The notes under the pieces: generated by a model
What the model saw: only the letters and a program-made list of their open reading frames with translations
What the model was told of the DNA's origin: nothing
Database searches by the model: none
From: Bacteroidota bacterium
Lineage (GTDB): Bacteria; Bacteroidota; Ignavibacteria; Palsa-1295
DNA: 64,000 nucleotides
Direction of reading: 5' to 3'
NCBI GenBank assembly: GCA_021324685.1
Contig: JAJPIQ010000032.1
Span: 2,878 to 66,877, forward strand
Program-made: the position numbers and the translations under genes
Shown here: piece by piece, positions 1 to 12,271 of the stretch
How positions within the stretch are numbered: the first letter of the stretch is position 1
Layout: each line of letters starts with the position of its first letter

Positions 1-2
1 AG

Positions 3-3000
3 CAAGACCCCAGCGTCCCCTTTGCGTATTACACCGTGGTCGGCAGCCCGACGCTCACCGACGCGCCGTATTTCGTGCTCGGGGTCCAGAACATGACGCA
101 CCAGAGCTGCCTGACGACCGACGTCTGGTGGGACGAACTGCGGCTCCTGCAAGCGAACGACCAGGCGGGGCTCGCATGGAACGGTTCCACGGAACTGAAA
201 TTGGCCGAGTTCGGCAAGATCGATGCCGGCATCGTCGATGAGAGTGCCGATTTTCACCGGGTCGATGAGCGGTTCAATACCACGCGCTCGACGAACTTCA
301 ACTGGAACGTCACCGGCGTTTTCGGCATGGAAAAGATCCTTCCAAAATGGATGGAGGACAAACAATCGAAACTTCCGCTGACGGTCTCGCATGCAGAGTC
401 CATCATTACGCCGAAATATATTGTCAATACCGACGAGAATCTCGCCAATGCGATTACGACGATCCAAAATGCCTCCGGCTATACGGCGACCGAAAAACAA
501 AATCTGATCGACTCGCTCACGACGAACAACCAGACGCTGCAGGTCAAGAACTCGATCGGGCTGAGCGACATCGCGCTCCGGTTCCCAGGTTCCTTCTTCC
601 TCCTTCCGGCGTTCGTCAACCGGCTCGATTTCGGATTCGGTTATGGCGAAGCGTACCTGCGCTCGCCGCAGTACCAATACGATTATACGTGGTCGTGGAC
701 GGCTTCCGCGCGGTATTCGTTGCCGCCGTTACCGGGGCTCGGCATTATGCCGCTCACGTGGTGGGGGACCACGACGCCCATCATCGGGCCGTACTCGCAG
801 TGGAAGATCAATCTGTTGCCGAGCAATGTCTCCTTCGCCGTCGCCGCGACGCGCGGGCGGGACCATTCGCTGACGCAGCTTTCCACGCTCACGCTGCCGC
901 CGGAAGGAACCCATCAGGATACACTGAACGTGCTTCAAAGCCGGGTGCCGCTCGTAAACCGCGTCTTCACGGCGACGCGCGGCATGCAGATCAACTGGAA
1001 GCCGTTCGAGGGCGGCCTGCTTTCGCCGGCGTTCGATTATTCGCTCGATGTTTCGAGCAATCTCGTGCCGCTCGAGACCTATACCGTTTTCAACAAGCCG
1101 ACGAGCTACGATGCGAACGGAGACCCGATCTATAATTATGACAGCGTCTATTACTACCAGCGGAGCCTGCACGATATCGAGAGCGATATTTTTCTCAAGA
1201 ACGGCGCGCTCGTACGGCCGGGGATCGATTTTAACGAGAGCCAGAAGGTCCATATGGGGACTTCTCCGCGCCTGCCCGGACTTTTTGGGGTTGAAAAGTT
1301 GGTGCGCCCGGTCTTCGATTACCGGGTCGAATATAAATGGCTGAACGCGCAAACGGGGCTTCAGAACGCGAAGCAGTCGGCCTGGAACAATACGATCACG
1401 ACCGGACTGGAATTCAACCTTCGGGACCTGGGAATTTTATTGTTCGGAAAGCCTTTGGGCGAAGAACCGCCCCAGCGCGGCCGCGGGCGGGAACGCGAGC
1501 GCGGCGAACTCGGCGTAACGCCGGAAGAACTTCCGAACCGCGGTGGGGAAGAGCGGGAATCGCCGCCCTCGCCGCCGAACGAAGAGCCGCGTAACCAGGT
1601 CGAGCGCGGCGAGCACATGCGTCCGCAGGCGCGGCCTAATCCGCTCGGTCGCTCGCAATATATTACCGATACGCTACATACGCCGGGTGTAAAGAACGTT
1701 CCGACCCCGATCGACACGAACAAGGTCCACAGCCGTGGCGTGGGAACCCAGGGAGAAATCGACCGCGAATATACGATCGATACGACGCTGACGCCGGAAG
1801 CGCCGCCCGTCCTTGCGCCGCAGCCGCCCGAGGTGGTCGAGGAAGTTCCTGAAACGCCGCCCATCACATTCAAGCAGGTATTGCAGAATGTGATCCAGAA
1901 GCCGCTTTTCGATTGGAACGGGACGCGGCTCAACTTTACGCAGACGAATTCGAGCCTGAACAATGCGCTTGCGGGCGATGGACCGGGCATCACGAATTTC
2001 CTCGCGCGCGGATTTTTTGCGCCGGAGGACGACCAGAATGGCCCTTCGCGAGCGTACCAACTCGGCCTTATTACCGATCCGGCCGGCCGGCTGCTCTTCC
2101 ATTGGAATAATGCGTTCCCATGGCTTACCTTTTCTGTACGGCATGGGCTGCGAGCACCGGACCCGTATGGTGGAAACGTGGACGTCACCGATGCTTTCAA
2201 CGAAACGAATAACTTCGAGCTTACGACGAGCCGGCCGCTCTGGAGCGGGGCCTCGATCAACCTGAACTGGAAAGTCTCGTTCGGTTACGCCGAGCAGGAC
2301 GCGCTCCGGATCGACCAATATGGTTACCCCAATCTACTCTATACCGTGAAGTCGGGCGACATCTCACGGACCTTCTTTTCGATCCCGCCACTGCCTTTTA
2401 TCGGCTCCAGTATTTTGCAGAGCGGCATCCTGCGCGTCGGCCAGAAGTACGATGAGATGGTCATCAATGCAGAGCGGGGAATGGGGATCGCCAATCCGAC
2501 GGCCGATACCGCTCGGTTCGTGCTGCCGACACAGCTCCACAACCAGATCGAGCAGAACGCCTTCATGCAGGGCTTCGAAACGCTGCCTTTCTTTACGAGC
2601 TGGCTGCGCGAATACCTGCCACGGCTCAATTATTCGTTTAGCTGGACCGGCATGGAAAAATTCCCACTCTTTAGTTTTGCCGATCACGTCGGGTTCCGCA
2701 GTGCGTATACGGGGACGTACCGGCGTTCGTTCAACCAGAACCCGGGCGATACGCTCGACCTTACGACCCTGCAGACGATCGTCTATGGCTTTCGGCCGCT
2801 CATCGCGCTCGATATGTCCTGGGACAAATTATGGAACGGTCGCCTGACCTCGAGCGTGAACTACGATTCCCAGACCGAGTGGGCCGCCGATTATGCTTCG
2901 ACCCGTATTACAAAGCGGCTTTCCACGACCGTCGGAGTGACCGCTAACTATTCCCGTCAGGGACTGGTAATTCCGTTCCTGAAACTGAATCTCAAGAACG

Positions 3001-3272
3001 AATTCGGGGCGAGCTTTACGCTCAGCGAGACGATCTCCGAGGACAGTTACTATAACTTCTGGACCATCAGCACCGATAATCCCGGTGGCATTAGCAACGG
3101 TGGCCTGACGAAGACGACGATCGAGCCGCGCGTGACCTACAACGTGAGCCAGCAGCTTACGATGGAGGCGTTCTATCACTACGAGCGGACAACTCCCGCG
3201 GCCAGCGGACTCATCAGTCCACCGACACGGCTCATCGAAGCTGGATTCGATATTAAACTAAAGATTCAGTAA
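3..3272 (+). CDS. Giant outer-membrane beta-barrel protein, 5'-truncated at window edge (SprA-like / T9SS translocon-like guess); contains a ~150-aa Pro/Glu/Arg-rich disordered insertion
   Basis: Frame 3 is open from nt 3 with no upstream stop, so the gene continues off-window. There are >1000 aa of alternating aromatic/polar beta-strand patterns (NLNWKVSFGYAEQDA..., LNYSFSWTG..., TANYSRQGLVIPFLKLNLKNEF...). A low-complexity segment EEPPQRGRGRERERGELG...PPSPPNEEPRNQVE spans aa ~470-620. The C-terminus is beta-rich (IEAGFDIKLKIQ). The family assignment is an unverified guess. Confidence 0.5.
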   Translation, partial: QDPSVPFAYYTVVGSPTLTDAPYFVLGVQNMTHQSCLTTDVWWDELRLLQANDQAGLAWNGSTELKLAEFGKIDAGIVDESADFHRVDERFNTTRSTNFNWNVTGVFGMEKILPKWMEDKQSKLPLTVSHAESIITPKYIVNTDENLANAITTIQNASGYTATEKQNLIDSLTTNNQTLQVKNSIGLSDIALRFPGSFFLLPAFVNRLDFGFGYGEAYLRSPQYQYDYTWSWTASARYSLPPLPGLGIMPLTWWGTTTPIIGPYSQWKINLLPSNVSFAVAATRGRDHSLTQLSTLTLPPEGTHQDTLNVLQSRVPLVNRVFTATRGMQINWKPFEGGLLSPAFDYSLDVSSNLVPLETYTVFNKPTSYDANGDPIYNYDSVYYYQRSLHDIESDIFLKNGALVRPGIDFNESQKVHMGTSPRLPGLFGVEKLVRPVFDYRVEYKWLNAQTGLQNAKQSAWNNTITTGLEFNLRDLGILLFGKPLGEEPPQRGRGRERERGELGVTPEELPNRGGEERESPPSPPNEEPRNQVERGEHMRPQARPNPLGRSQYITDTLHTPGVKNVPTPIDTNKVHSRGVGTQGEIDREYTIDTTLTPEAPPVLAPQPPEVVEEVPETPPITFKQVLQNVIQKPLFDWNGTRLNFTQTNSSLNNALAGDGPGITNFLARGFFAPEDDQNGPSRAYQLGLITDPAGRLLFHWNNAFPWLTFSVRHGLRAPDPYGGNVDVTDAFNETNNFELTTSRPLWSGASINLNWKVSFGYAEQDALRIDQYGYPNLLYTVKSGDISRTFFSIPPLPFIGSSILQSGILRVGQKYDEMVINAERGMGIANPTADTARFVLPTQLHNQIEQNAFMQGFETLPFFTSWLREYLPRLNYSFSWTGMEKFPLFSFADHVGFRSAYTGTYRRSFNQNPGDTLDLTTLQTIVYGFRPLIALDMSWDKLWNGRLTSSVNYDSQTEWAADYASTRITKRLSTTVGVTANYSRQGLVIPFLKLNLKNEFGASFTLSETISEDSYYNFWTISTDNPGGISNGGLTKTTIEPRVTYNVSQQLTMEAFYHYERTTPAASGLISPPTRLIEAGFDIKLKIQ

Positions 3273-3361
3273 TGGTCTGAATTTGTTTTTGGATTACAGA
3301 CCAGGCATTGTAATCCTGAAATCGGAATTCTTCTTTCTCTGCTACTCGTTTCAAATGATCT

Positions 3362-3468
3362 TCCGATAGGGGTGCTGCTCGTCATTCGAGCGGCTGAGAG
3401 ATACCCTTCGTAGCAGCACCGTGCTACACGGACCCGATCTGGATAATGCCAGCGTGGGGAAAGCGGAA
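3362..3468 (+). ncRNA. TPP (THI-box) riboswitch in 5' leader of thiD
   Basis: Sequence GGGGUGCUGCUCGUCAUUCGAGCGGCUGAGAGAUACCCUUCGUAGCAGCACCGUGCUACACGGACCCGAUCUGGAUAAUGCCAGCGUGGGGAAAG contains the hallmark THI-element blocks (GGGGUGC, CUGAGA, ACCCUU, CCGAUCUGGAUAAUGCCAGCGU-GGGAA). It ends directly at the thiD start codon (ATG 3469), consistent with translational control. Confidence 0.85.
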
Positions 3469-4317
3469 ATGACTCCTTCCAAAGCTCATCGTAATTTTTC
3501 TACTTCGACCGGTCGCTCTCTGAGCGACCCTCCGCCGATTGCCCTTGCCATTGGCGGTTCCGATCCCACGGGTGGCGCCGGTATTCAGGCCGATCTTAAG
3601 ACGTTCAGTCAACTCGGCGTTCATGGGCTGAGTGTTGTCACAGCGGTCACGGTCCAGAATACGCGCGGCGTTCTTTCGACCAATCCCGTCCATGCGGACA
3701 TCGTCGAAGCTCAACTTGCCGCCCTCGGAGAGGACGTAACGATCGATGCTATTAAGATCGGAATGCTTACGTCGGCAAAGGTCGTGCGGATCGTCTCGGA
3801 CTTTGTGCGCGCTCAGCAGGTTCCCACGGTGCTCGATCCGGTCTTAGCATCGTCGAACGGCGTTCCTTTTTTGGACGGTGCCGCAAAGGAGGCGCTTGTA
3901 CGAGAGTTGTGTCCCTGGGCGTCGATCGTCACTCCTAATCTTTTCGAAGCGTCGGTATGGACCAACATGGAGATTGCTTCGGAACAGGATATGCAGAACG
4001 CGGCCCTTCGGCTCATCGAAGCGGGAGCGAAAAATGTGCTCGTCAAAGGCGGACACGGCGACGGTGAAGAATCGCGGGATCTTTTTATGGGCGAACGCGA
4101 GACCGAATGGCTTTCCGCGCCGCGTAGCACGAAACGCGTTCATGGCACCGGCTGCGTGCTGGCTTCTGCCATCGCCGCATCGCTCGCACAGGGAGATCCC
4201 ATGCTTACCGCCGTGCGCCGCGCCAAAAGTTTTACTACTCGAATGATCGAGCGCGCCGTGGCCCTGGGGGCCGGGCAGGAAATTTTTCAATTCATGTCGC
4301 AGGAGACTGTCGTTTAA
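3469..4317 (+). CDS. thiD: Hydroxymethylpyrimidine/phosphomethylpyrimidine kinase ThiD
   Basis: PPIALAIGGSDPTGGAGIQADLKTF..., GMLTSAKVV and VLDPVLASSNG motifs typical of ThiD/PdxK-type kinases. The start is moved to ATG 3469 because the ORF-track start at 3421 lies inside the riboswitch. Confidence 0.85.
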   Translation: MTPSKAHRNFSTSTGRSLSDPPPIALAIGGSDPTGGAGIQADLKTFSQLGVHGLSVVTAVTVQNTRGVLSTNPVHADIVEAQLAALGEDVTIDAIKIGMLTSAKVVRIVSDFVRAQQVPTVLDPVLASSNGVPFLDGAAKEALVRELCPWASIVTPNLFEASVWTNMEIASEQDMQNAALRLIEAGAKNVLVKGGHGDGEESRDLFMGERETEWLSAPRSTKRVHGTGCVLASAIAASLAQGDPMLTAVRRAKSFTTRMIERAVALGAGQEIFQFMSQETVV

Positions 4318-4339
4318 TCTTACGGACACTATCGTTTAA

Positions 4340-6259
<1,920 letters not shown>

Positions 6260-6270
6260 CGTTCCAGGGA

Positions 6271-7371
6271 ATGATTGAAACGAAACCTCATCTGATCATC
6301 GGTGGCGGCATCATGGGTCTTTCGATCGGCTGCCGGATGCTGCGCGAAGGTCTCTCTCCGGTTGAAATATTCGAAGCGGGGGAGATCGGGCGTTCCAGTG
6401 CCGCATGGGTGGCGGCGGGAATGCTTTCGCCGCGCGCCGAAGCGGGGTTCGAGGACATGGATATTTACGAAGAGGGCCTTCGCAGCCTTGAACGCTACCC
6501 GTCGTTTTTGGCGGCGCTGCAAGAGGAGGTCGGCGAGATCGTTCCCGAGATCGACCGTTGCGGAGCGCTCCTGTGCGCAACGAACCGCGACCAGGCGCGG
6601 GAACTCGATCGGCAATTCGAGTTCCGAATGCGAATGGGGATCCCGGTGCAAAAACTCTCCGGGGAGGAAGCGCGGGACCGCGAGCCGCTGCTGGCGACGA
6701 AGGTCATCGCTGCGCTCTGGCTGGAAGCCGATGCACAGATCAACAATCGAACGTTGCTGCATGCGCTCCGTGAAGCGTTTGTGAAACGCGGCGGGACCGT
6801 TCGCGAGCATACGCCGGTATCCGAAATTATCGTTAAGGATGGCGAAGCCATCGGAGTCCGCACGGGCGACGAAGAACGGCCCTGCGAAACGATCACGGTG
6901 GCCGCGGGCGCATGGTCTTCGAGGATCGGCGGAGGCTCGCGAAGCGTGGCGGTCCGTCCGGTAAAAGGGCAAATGATCGGGCTTCGAATGACGCCGCAGT
7001 CGCGCCTGCGGCAACCGGTCCGAACGCCGAACGTTTATTTAGTTCCGAAGGACGATGGCCGGCTGCTGGTCGGTGCCACGGCCGAAGAAGTGGGGTTCGA
7101 TGCACGCGTGATCGCGGGAAACGTCATGGAGCTCCTGCACCATGCCTGGGAACTCGTGCCCGCGATCTATGACCTCGAGGTGGAAGAAGTGCTCGCAGGG
7201 TTCCGCCCGGCTACCCGGGACCATCGTGCGGTCATGGGCCGCTCGAACGTTCACAATCTTTTTTACTGCACGGGCCATTGGCGCCATGGAATTCTGATGG
7301 CGCCGATGGCGGCCGATACGGTTGTGAACGCTATGCTGGAGGCTAAAACGGAGCTTGCGGAGCCATGCTAA
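6271..7371 (+). CDS. thiO: FAD-dependent glycine oxidase ThiO
   Basis: N-terminal Rossmann IIGGGIMGLSIGCRM on a 366-aa DAO-family fold. Its position between thiC and thiS-thiG matches the ThiO-dependent thiazole pathway. Confidence 0.8.
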   Translation: MIETKPHLIIGGGIMGLSIGCRMLREGLSPVEIFEAGEIGRSSAAWVAAGMLSPRAEAGFEDMDIYEEGLRSLERYPSFLAALQEEVGEIVPEIDRCGALLCATNRDQARELDRQFEFRMRMGIPVQKLSGEEARDREPLLATKVIAALWLEADAQINNRTLLHALREAFVKRGGTVREHTPVSEIIVKDGEAIGVRTGDEERPCETITVAAGAWSSRIGGGSRSVAVRPVKGQMIGLRMTPQSRLRQPVRTPNVYLVPKDDGRLLVGATAEEVGFDARVIAGNVMELLHHAWELVPAIYDLEVEEVLAGFRPATRDHRAVMGRSNVHNLFYCTGHWRHGILMAPMAADTVVNAMLEAKTELAEPC

Positions 7372-7571
7372 ACCTTATTATTTCTGGCGAACGAAAAGAT
7401 ATCGCGGCACAGAGCGCGGAGGATTTGCTTGCGGCACTTTCGCTGCCTGCCGACGGGCGGGGGATCGCGATCGCGATTAACGATGCCGTGGTCCCGAGAT
7501 CGAAATGGCCTGAACAGAAACTTGCGGACGGCGATCGGATCGAAATTGTGCGCGCCGTCCAGGGAGGATAA
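7365..7571 (+). CDS. thiS: Sulfur carrier protein ThiS
   Basis: 68 aa ending in the C-terminal Gly-Gly (RAVQGG). It overlaps thiO by 7 nt and abuts thiG. Confidence 0.8.
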   Translation: MLNLIISGERKDIAAQSAEDLLAALSLPADGRGIAIAINDAVVPRSKWPEQKLADGDRIEIVRAVQGG

Positions 7572-8353
7572 TGCGTATGAAGGATGATTTGCAGATCGGC
7601 GACCGTCATTTCACGTCGCGTCTTATTTTGGGAACCGCGCGGTACCCGAATCCGGAAACGATGCTGGAGTGTATTGCGGCCAGTGGGACCGAAATGGTTA
7701 CTGTTGCCGTACGCCGGTATAATTTACAAGACCGGTCCGCGGAAAGCATCCTGGGCCTGCTCCGAAGCGGAGCGTTCCATCTGTTGCCGAATACCGCCGG
7801 CTGCTACACGGCCAAAGAGGCTGTGCTGACGGCCGAGCTGGCCCGCGAAGCGCTCGAAACGAATTGGATCAAGCTCGAAGTCATTGGCGATGACGAAACG
7901 CTGATGCCGGACGTGACGGAACTTCTGAAAGCTGCTTCACAACTGATCGCCCTCGGCTTTACCGTCCTGCCCTATACGAGTGACGATCCCGTGACCGCGC
8001 GCAAGCTGGCCGATATGGGCTGCGCGGCGGTGATGCCGCTCGGTGCGCCGATCGGGTCCGGCGGTGGCATCCGGAATCCGGCGAATCTTTCGATCATTCG
8101 GGAGCTCATTTCCGTTCCCATGATCGTCGATGCCGGTATTGGGACGGCCTCTCATGCCGCGCTCGCGATGGAACTCGGCGCCGACGCCATTTTACTCAAT
8201 ACCGCGATCTCCGGTGCCGAGCATCCGGCGCACATGGCCCGCGCGATGAAACTCGCCGTCGAAGCCGGCCGTCTTGCACGGATGGCCGGACGTATTCCAG
8301 AACGATTAATGGCCGAACGATCGAGCCCCATCCTGGGGATGATCCATGCTTGA
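7571..8353 (+). CDS. thiG: Thiazole synthase ThiG
   Basis: 260 aa with [16 protein letters not shown] and [11 protein letters not shown] motifs. Confidence 0.9.
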   Translation: MRMKDDLQIGDRHFTSRLILGTARYPNPETMLECIAASGTEMVTVAVRRYNLQDRSAESILGLLRSGAFHLLPNTAGCYTAKEAVLTAELAREALETNWIKLEVIGDDETLMPDVTELLKAASQLIALGFTVLPYTSDDPVTARKLADMGCAAVMPLGAPIGSGGGIRNPANLSIIRELISVPMIVDAGIGTASHAALAMELGADAILLNTAISGAEHPAHMARAMKLAVEAGRLARMAGRIPERLMAERSSPILGMIHA

Positions 8354-8963
8354 CTTTAAATTATATGCGATCGCGGAACGCGCGCTCCTTTCCGATATCG
8401 GAACGTTTGCCGAACAGGCGACGAGGCACGGGCTGCGGGCGTTACGCCTGAGGGACATCGAGCCGCTGCACAGCGAGGATGAAATGGCGAGCGTTCCCAC
8501 TCCCAACGTCCGGAATCTTTTTGTTACCTGGCAGAAGGAAGGCGACGGGATGAAGATGGTTCCATCGCGCGTTCGGGGCGTTCACCTCCCGGAGCGCATG
8601 ATCGAAAAAGCGCAAACCATAAAAAGCTCCTTTCCGAATATGCTCGTTGGGGCAAGCGTGCATTCCGTCGATAGGGCGGAGCGCGCAGCGGAACACGGGG
8701 CCGATTTCCTGACTTTTGGACCCGTGTTCGAAACGCCCTCGAAGCGTGCCCTGGGATTTGGGCCGCAGGGATTAGACATGCTGAAGGCCGTGGTGAATGC
8801 CGTGAACGTTCCAGTCCTCGCGATCGGTGGCATCACGCCCGCCGGCGCGCGAGCCTGTCTCGAGCACGGAGCCTGGGGCGTCGCGGTGGTGCGCGACCTG
8901 GTGCTGGCTCCTGACCTCGCGGAGCGGCTGGCGGAGTACAAAGCGATATTGGGAACTCTATGA
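8346..8963 (+). CDS. Thiamine-phosphate synthase family paralog (TenI-like thiazole tautomerase or second ThiE)
   Basis: 205 aa TMP-TENI fold ([25 protein letters not shown]). It lacks the canonical HLGQDD block seen in the adjacent thiE. It overlaps thiG and thiE by 8 and 4 nt. Confidence 0.6.
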   Translation: MLDFKLYAIAERALLSDIGTFAEQATRHGLRALRLRDIEPLHSEDEMASVPTPNVRNLFVTWQKEGDGMKMVPSRVRGVHLPERMIEKAQTIKSSFPNMLVGASVHSVDRAERAAEHGADFLTFGPVFETPSKRALGFGPQGLDMLKAVVNAVNVPVLAIGGITPAGARACLEHGAWGVAVVRDLVLAPDLAERLAEYKAILGTL

Positions 8964-9589
8964 AACGGCTGACCGGCTTGCATGTCATCGTGGGCGGCGA
9001 AGATCTCGCCCGCACGCTCGAACTTGCACGCATCGCGCAAGAGAGCGGTGCGGCCGTCGTTCAATTCCGAAATAAGACCGCACCGAGGGACGTACTGCTC
9101 GATACCGCTATTGCGCTTCGAAAACTATTGCGCCATACGACATTCATCGTCAACGATCATGTCGATATTGCGCAGGAAGTCTGTGCGGATGGGGTCCATC
9201 TCGGGCAGGACGATCTGCCGATCTCGAAAGCGCGTGCACGGATGGGACCGAATGCGATCATCGGCGGTTCGACATCGAACGTTGAACAAGCCGTGCGTGC
9301 CGAGTCCGATGGTGCTGATTACGTTGGCTTTGGGCACCTGTTCGCGACGCGATCGAAAATAAAGACAACCCCGCCAAAGACCATGGAAGAATTGCGATCG
9401 ATTGTTCAGTCTGTTTCGATCCCCGTGATTGCCATCGGAGGAATCACGGAGTATAATATGAAGGACGTCCTCGTCGAGGGATTAGGGGGCATTGCCCTGA
9501 TCCGTGCCATTGCGGAATCGCAAACGCCTCGGGAAACGATTCGGAATTTTGTGGAACGCCTTAAAGACCACGATGCCATTTACGCCTGA
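8960..9589 (+). CDS. thiE: Thiamine-phosphate synthase ThiE
   Basis: 209 aa with DGVHLGQDDLP, IIGGSTSN and ADYVGFGHLFATRSK motifs. Confidence 0.85.
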   Translation: MKRLTGLHVIVGGEDLARTLELARIAQESGAAVVQFRNKTAPRDVLLDTAIALRKLLRHTTFIVNDHVDIAQEVCADGVHLGQDDLPISKARARMGPNAIIGGSTSNVEQAVRAESDGADYVGFGHLFATRSKIKTTPPKTMEELRSIVQSVSIPVIAIGGITEYNMKDVLVEGLGGIALIRAIAESQTPRETIRNFVERLKDHDAIYA

Positions 9590-10637
9590 AGAACTGGAAC
9601 GATATTCTCGCCAAACGCGGCTTCCGGAGTTTGGCGTGGAGGGCCAGGAGCGGCTTCGCTCTGCCCGCGTTCTTATCGTCGGCGCCGGAGGTCTGGGTGC
9701 GCCGGCGTCGCTCTATCTGGCCGCAATGGGCGTGGGAACGATCGGCATCATCGACGATGACCGTGTCGCGCCATCGAACCTTCCCAGGCAAATTCTTTTC
9801 CGAGACAAGGACATATCGCGCCCCAAAGCGGAAGTTGCGAAAGAACGCTTATCGGAAGTCTCGCCCAATACTGCCATCGTAACTTTTAACGAACGGCTAA
9901 CGCCCCCAAACGCGCTCGAACGCCTTCGAGGTTTCGATCTTGTTTTGGACGGGACCGATAATTTTTCTACCCGCTACCTTATCAACGATGCCTGCCTGGT
10001 GCTCGGCGTTCCACTCCTATCCGCCTCGATCTTAAAATTCGAAGGGCAACTGGCGGTATTGTGCACGAAGTCCGGTCCTTGTTATCGGTGCCTATTCCCG
10101 GAGATGCCCGAACCTGGAACGGTACCATCGTGTGCCGAGGCGGGAGTGATCGGGGCCCTGGCGGGGGTCATGGGAACGATGATGGCCATGGAAGCCGTAA
10201 AAATCGTTACGAAGGTCGGGGTGCCGCTTTCCGGCATGCTGATATACGATGCCTTATCCGGGAACTTCCGGAGGATGGCACTCGAACGAGACCCACAATG
10301 CGCGGGATGTGCTGTGCCGTTCGGGGAACGGAAACTTCGGGAGTCTTACGATGCCGCGCCGTGCGGGGCCAATGAACTCGAGATTTCCTGGCAGGAATGG
10401 CAGCGGCGCTCGCTTCCCCTCGTCGATGTGCGCGAAGCGTGGGAATTCTCGGAGCGCCCCTCTCCGGGTGTATTAATACCGCTCGGCTCGCTGTTCGAGC
10501 GAATGCAGGAACTGCCACGGGAACCGTTCGGTGTGGTCTGCGCTTCCGGCAGCCGCAGCCTCACCGCGGCAGCGCTGCTCAAAAGTAAGGGATTCGCTGC
10601 CGTAAGTATACGCGGAGGAATTCGTTCCAAACCCTGA
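9573..10637 (+). CDS. thiF: ThiF/MoeB-family adenylyltransferase with C-terminal rhodanese domain (MoeZ-like)
   Basis: YSRQ..LIVGAGGLGAPASLYLAAMGVGTIGIIDDD nucleotide-binding fold with CxxC pairs. The C-terminal ~100 aa rhodanese domain carries the active Cys (VCASGSRS). The start is chosen at MPFTPEE; the ORF-track start 9504 overlaps thiE more. Confidence 0.8.
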   Translation: MPFTPEELERYSRQTRLPEFGVEGQERLRSARVLIVGAGGLGAPASLYLAAMGVGTIGIIDDDRVAPSNLPRQILFRDKDISRPKAEVAKERLSEVSPNTAIVTFNERLTPPNALERLRGFDLVLDGTDNFSTRYLINDACLVLGVPLLSASILKFEGQLAVLCTKSGPCYRCLFPEMPEPGTVPSCAEAGVIGALAGVMGTMMAMEAVKIVTKVGVPLSGMLIYDALSGNFRRMALERDPQCAGCAVPFGERKLRESYDAAPCGANELEISWQEWQRRSLPLVDVREAWEFSERPSPGVLIPLGSLFERMQELPREPFGVVCASGSRSLTAAALLKSKGFAAVSIRGGIRSKP

Positions 10638-11296
10638 TGCCAACGTTATTTTTAACCGGTGCGACCGGTGCCGTGGGTGCCGCCATTCGCAGACATTATC
10701 TGTCCAATGGCTGGAGTGTTGCAGGATTTTCCCATTCCGACGATGGTTTTTCGCAGGAGGGATACCGGTTCTGGTCCATGAACGCAAGCGATGAGGCGGC
10801 GGTCGAGCAAACTTTTTCCATTGCGTCGCGCGAACTCGGCGCTCCGCGGGCGCTCATCGCGACCGTCGGCGGCGTTCGTTCCTGGAAAACGGTGGAGGAG
10901 ACACCGCTCGAAGATTTTCGTGCGCTCTTCGAGCTTAATCTTGTGACTTTTTTCCTGACGGCAAAGCATGCCTTTCGATTGATGCAGGAAGAGGGAACGG
11001 TTGTTTCCATTGGCGCCCGGCCTCCCGATGCAAAAACCAGTGGGTACGCCGCGTCCAAGGCCGGTGTCATCGCGCTGACGCAGGTCTTGGCGGAAGAGGG
11101 GAAGTCGCGGCGCATCAATGCGAATTGTATCGTTCCCACGATCATTCGTACGAAGGCAAACGAGGAGTGGGGCGATCCCGCGGACTTCGAAAAATGGACA
11201 AAACCGGAAGATATCGCCGCGCTCTGTTTTTTTCTTAGCAGTGAAGCCGGCAAAGCGGTGAACGGTGCGGTGATCCGCATGCCGAATCGCCTTTGA
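10637..11296 (+). CDS. Short-chain dehydrogenase/reductase (SDR) family oxidoreductase
   Basis: N-terminal TGATGAVGAAI dinucleotide-binding motif on a 219-aa protein. Confidence 0.7.
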   Translation: MPTLFLTGATGAVGAAIRRHYLSNGWSVAGFSHSDDGFSQEGYRFWSMNASDEAAVEQTFSIASRELGAPRALIATVGGVRSWKTVEETPLEDFRALFELNLVTFFLTAKHAFRLMQEEGTVVSIGARPPDAKTSGYAASKAGVIALTQVLAEEGKSRRINANCIVPTIIRTKANEEWGDPADFEKWTKPEDIAALCFFLSSEAGKAVNGAVIRMPNRL

Positions 11297-11317
11297 CGAT
11301 TTTATGTTTAGCTGTAT

Positions 11318-11770
11318 ATGACGTTAAAAGACCGAATCAACGAAGACCTGAAGAACGCAATGAAGTCGGGCGACAAAGTGCGCACCGAGACCATTCGGAG
11401 CTTGCGCGCCGCGATCATTGAATTCGAAAAAAGCGGTGCCGGCCGTGAAATGACGGCCGACGAGGAGATCAAGGCGCTTACCAGCGCGGCAAAAAAACGG
11501 CGTGAAGCGATCGAACTTTACGATAAGAACAATCGCCCGGAACTCGCCGAAAAAGAGCGTTCGGAACTCGCGATCATTCAGGATTACCTGCCGAAACAGC
11601 TTTCGCGGGAAGAGATTATCGCTCGTATTCGCGAAATCATTCGCGAGACCGGCGCCGCCGGGCCGCAGGACGCGAATAAGGTGATGCCGGTCGCGATGAA
11701 GGAAATGAAAGGCCAGGCGGAAGGCAGGGTCGTGCAGGAAGTCGTCAAAGAAGCGCTCGCCGGATCGTGA
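11318..11770 (+). CDS. GatB/YqeY domain protein
   Basis: 150 aa with DLKNAMKSGDKVRTETIRSLRAAI and the typical YqeY layout. Confidence 0.75.
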   Translation: MTLKDRINEDLKNAMKSGDKVRTETIRSLRAAIIEFEKSGAGREMTADEEIKALTSAAKKRREAIELYDKNNRPELAEKERSELAIIQDYLPKQLSREEIIARIREIIRETGAAGPQDANKVMPVAMKEMKGQAEGRVVQEVVKEALAGS

Positions 11771-12255
11771 CGCTGGATATTATTCTGCTCGTCCTTCTCG
11801 CCGTTGCGACCTATAGCGGTTGGCGGTCGGGCGCTGTTGCGATGGTCATTTCGGTTCTGGTGCTCGTTGTTGCTGTTATTCTTGCCTCCGCCCTCGCAGC
11901 AAGAGTCGGCGCACTCGTCCATATCGGTTCCCCGTGGGCGTGGCCGATCGTTGGCTTTGTTTTTACATTCCTTGTTCTTGTGATCCTGGGCAGTTGGCTG
12001 CGGCGATTTTTTCGGCCAAAGCACGGGCTCCTGAGGAGCATGGACGGATTGTTCGGTGCGGTCCTGGGTTTTGCGCGTGGCGCGATCGTCCTCGCCTTGT
12101 TGGCAGCGCTTTTCGATCTCATTCATCTTCCTCCGGAACGCATGACACAGGGTTCCCATATTTATCCGGTCCTCCTCAAAATTTCAACGATGCTCATCGC
12201 GGTGCTCCGTCCGTATATTACGGCTCCGGGCGCGCAGAGCGGCCTGCCGGTATAA
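11767..12255 (+). CDS. CvpA-family membrane protein
   Basis: 162 aa with four hydrophobic helices. Size and topology resemble CvpA. Confidence 0.5.
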   Translation: MTLDIILLVLLAVATYSGWRSGAVAMVISVLVLVVAVILASALAARVGALVHIGSPWAWPIVGFVFTFLVLVILGSWLRRFFRPKHGLLRSMDGLFGAVLGFARGAIVLALLAALFDLIHLPPERMTQGSHIYPVLLKISTMLIAVLRPYITAPGAQSGLPV

Positions 12256-12271
12256 CTCCTTCCTCCGCTGC

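Noticed and set aside
3274-3310. A hairpin TGGTCTG-n17-CAGACCA after the OMP gene was considered as an intrinsic terminator.
   Set aside because: The loop is 17 nt and there is no downstream U-tract; at most it is a weak structure.
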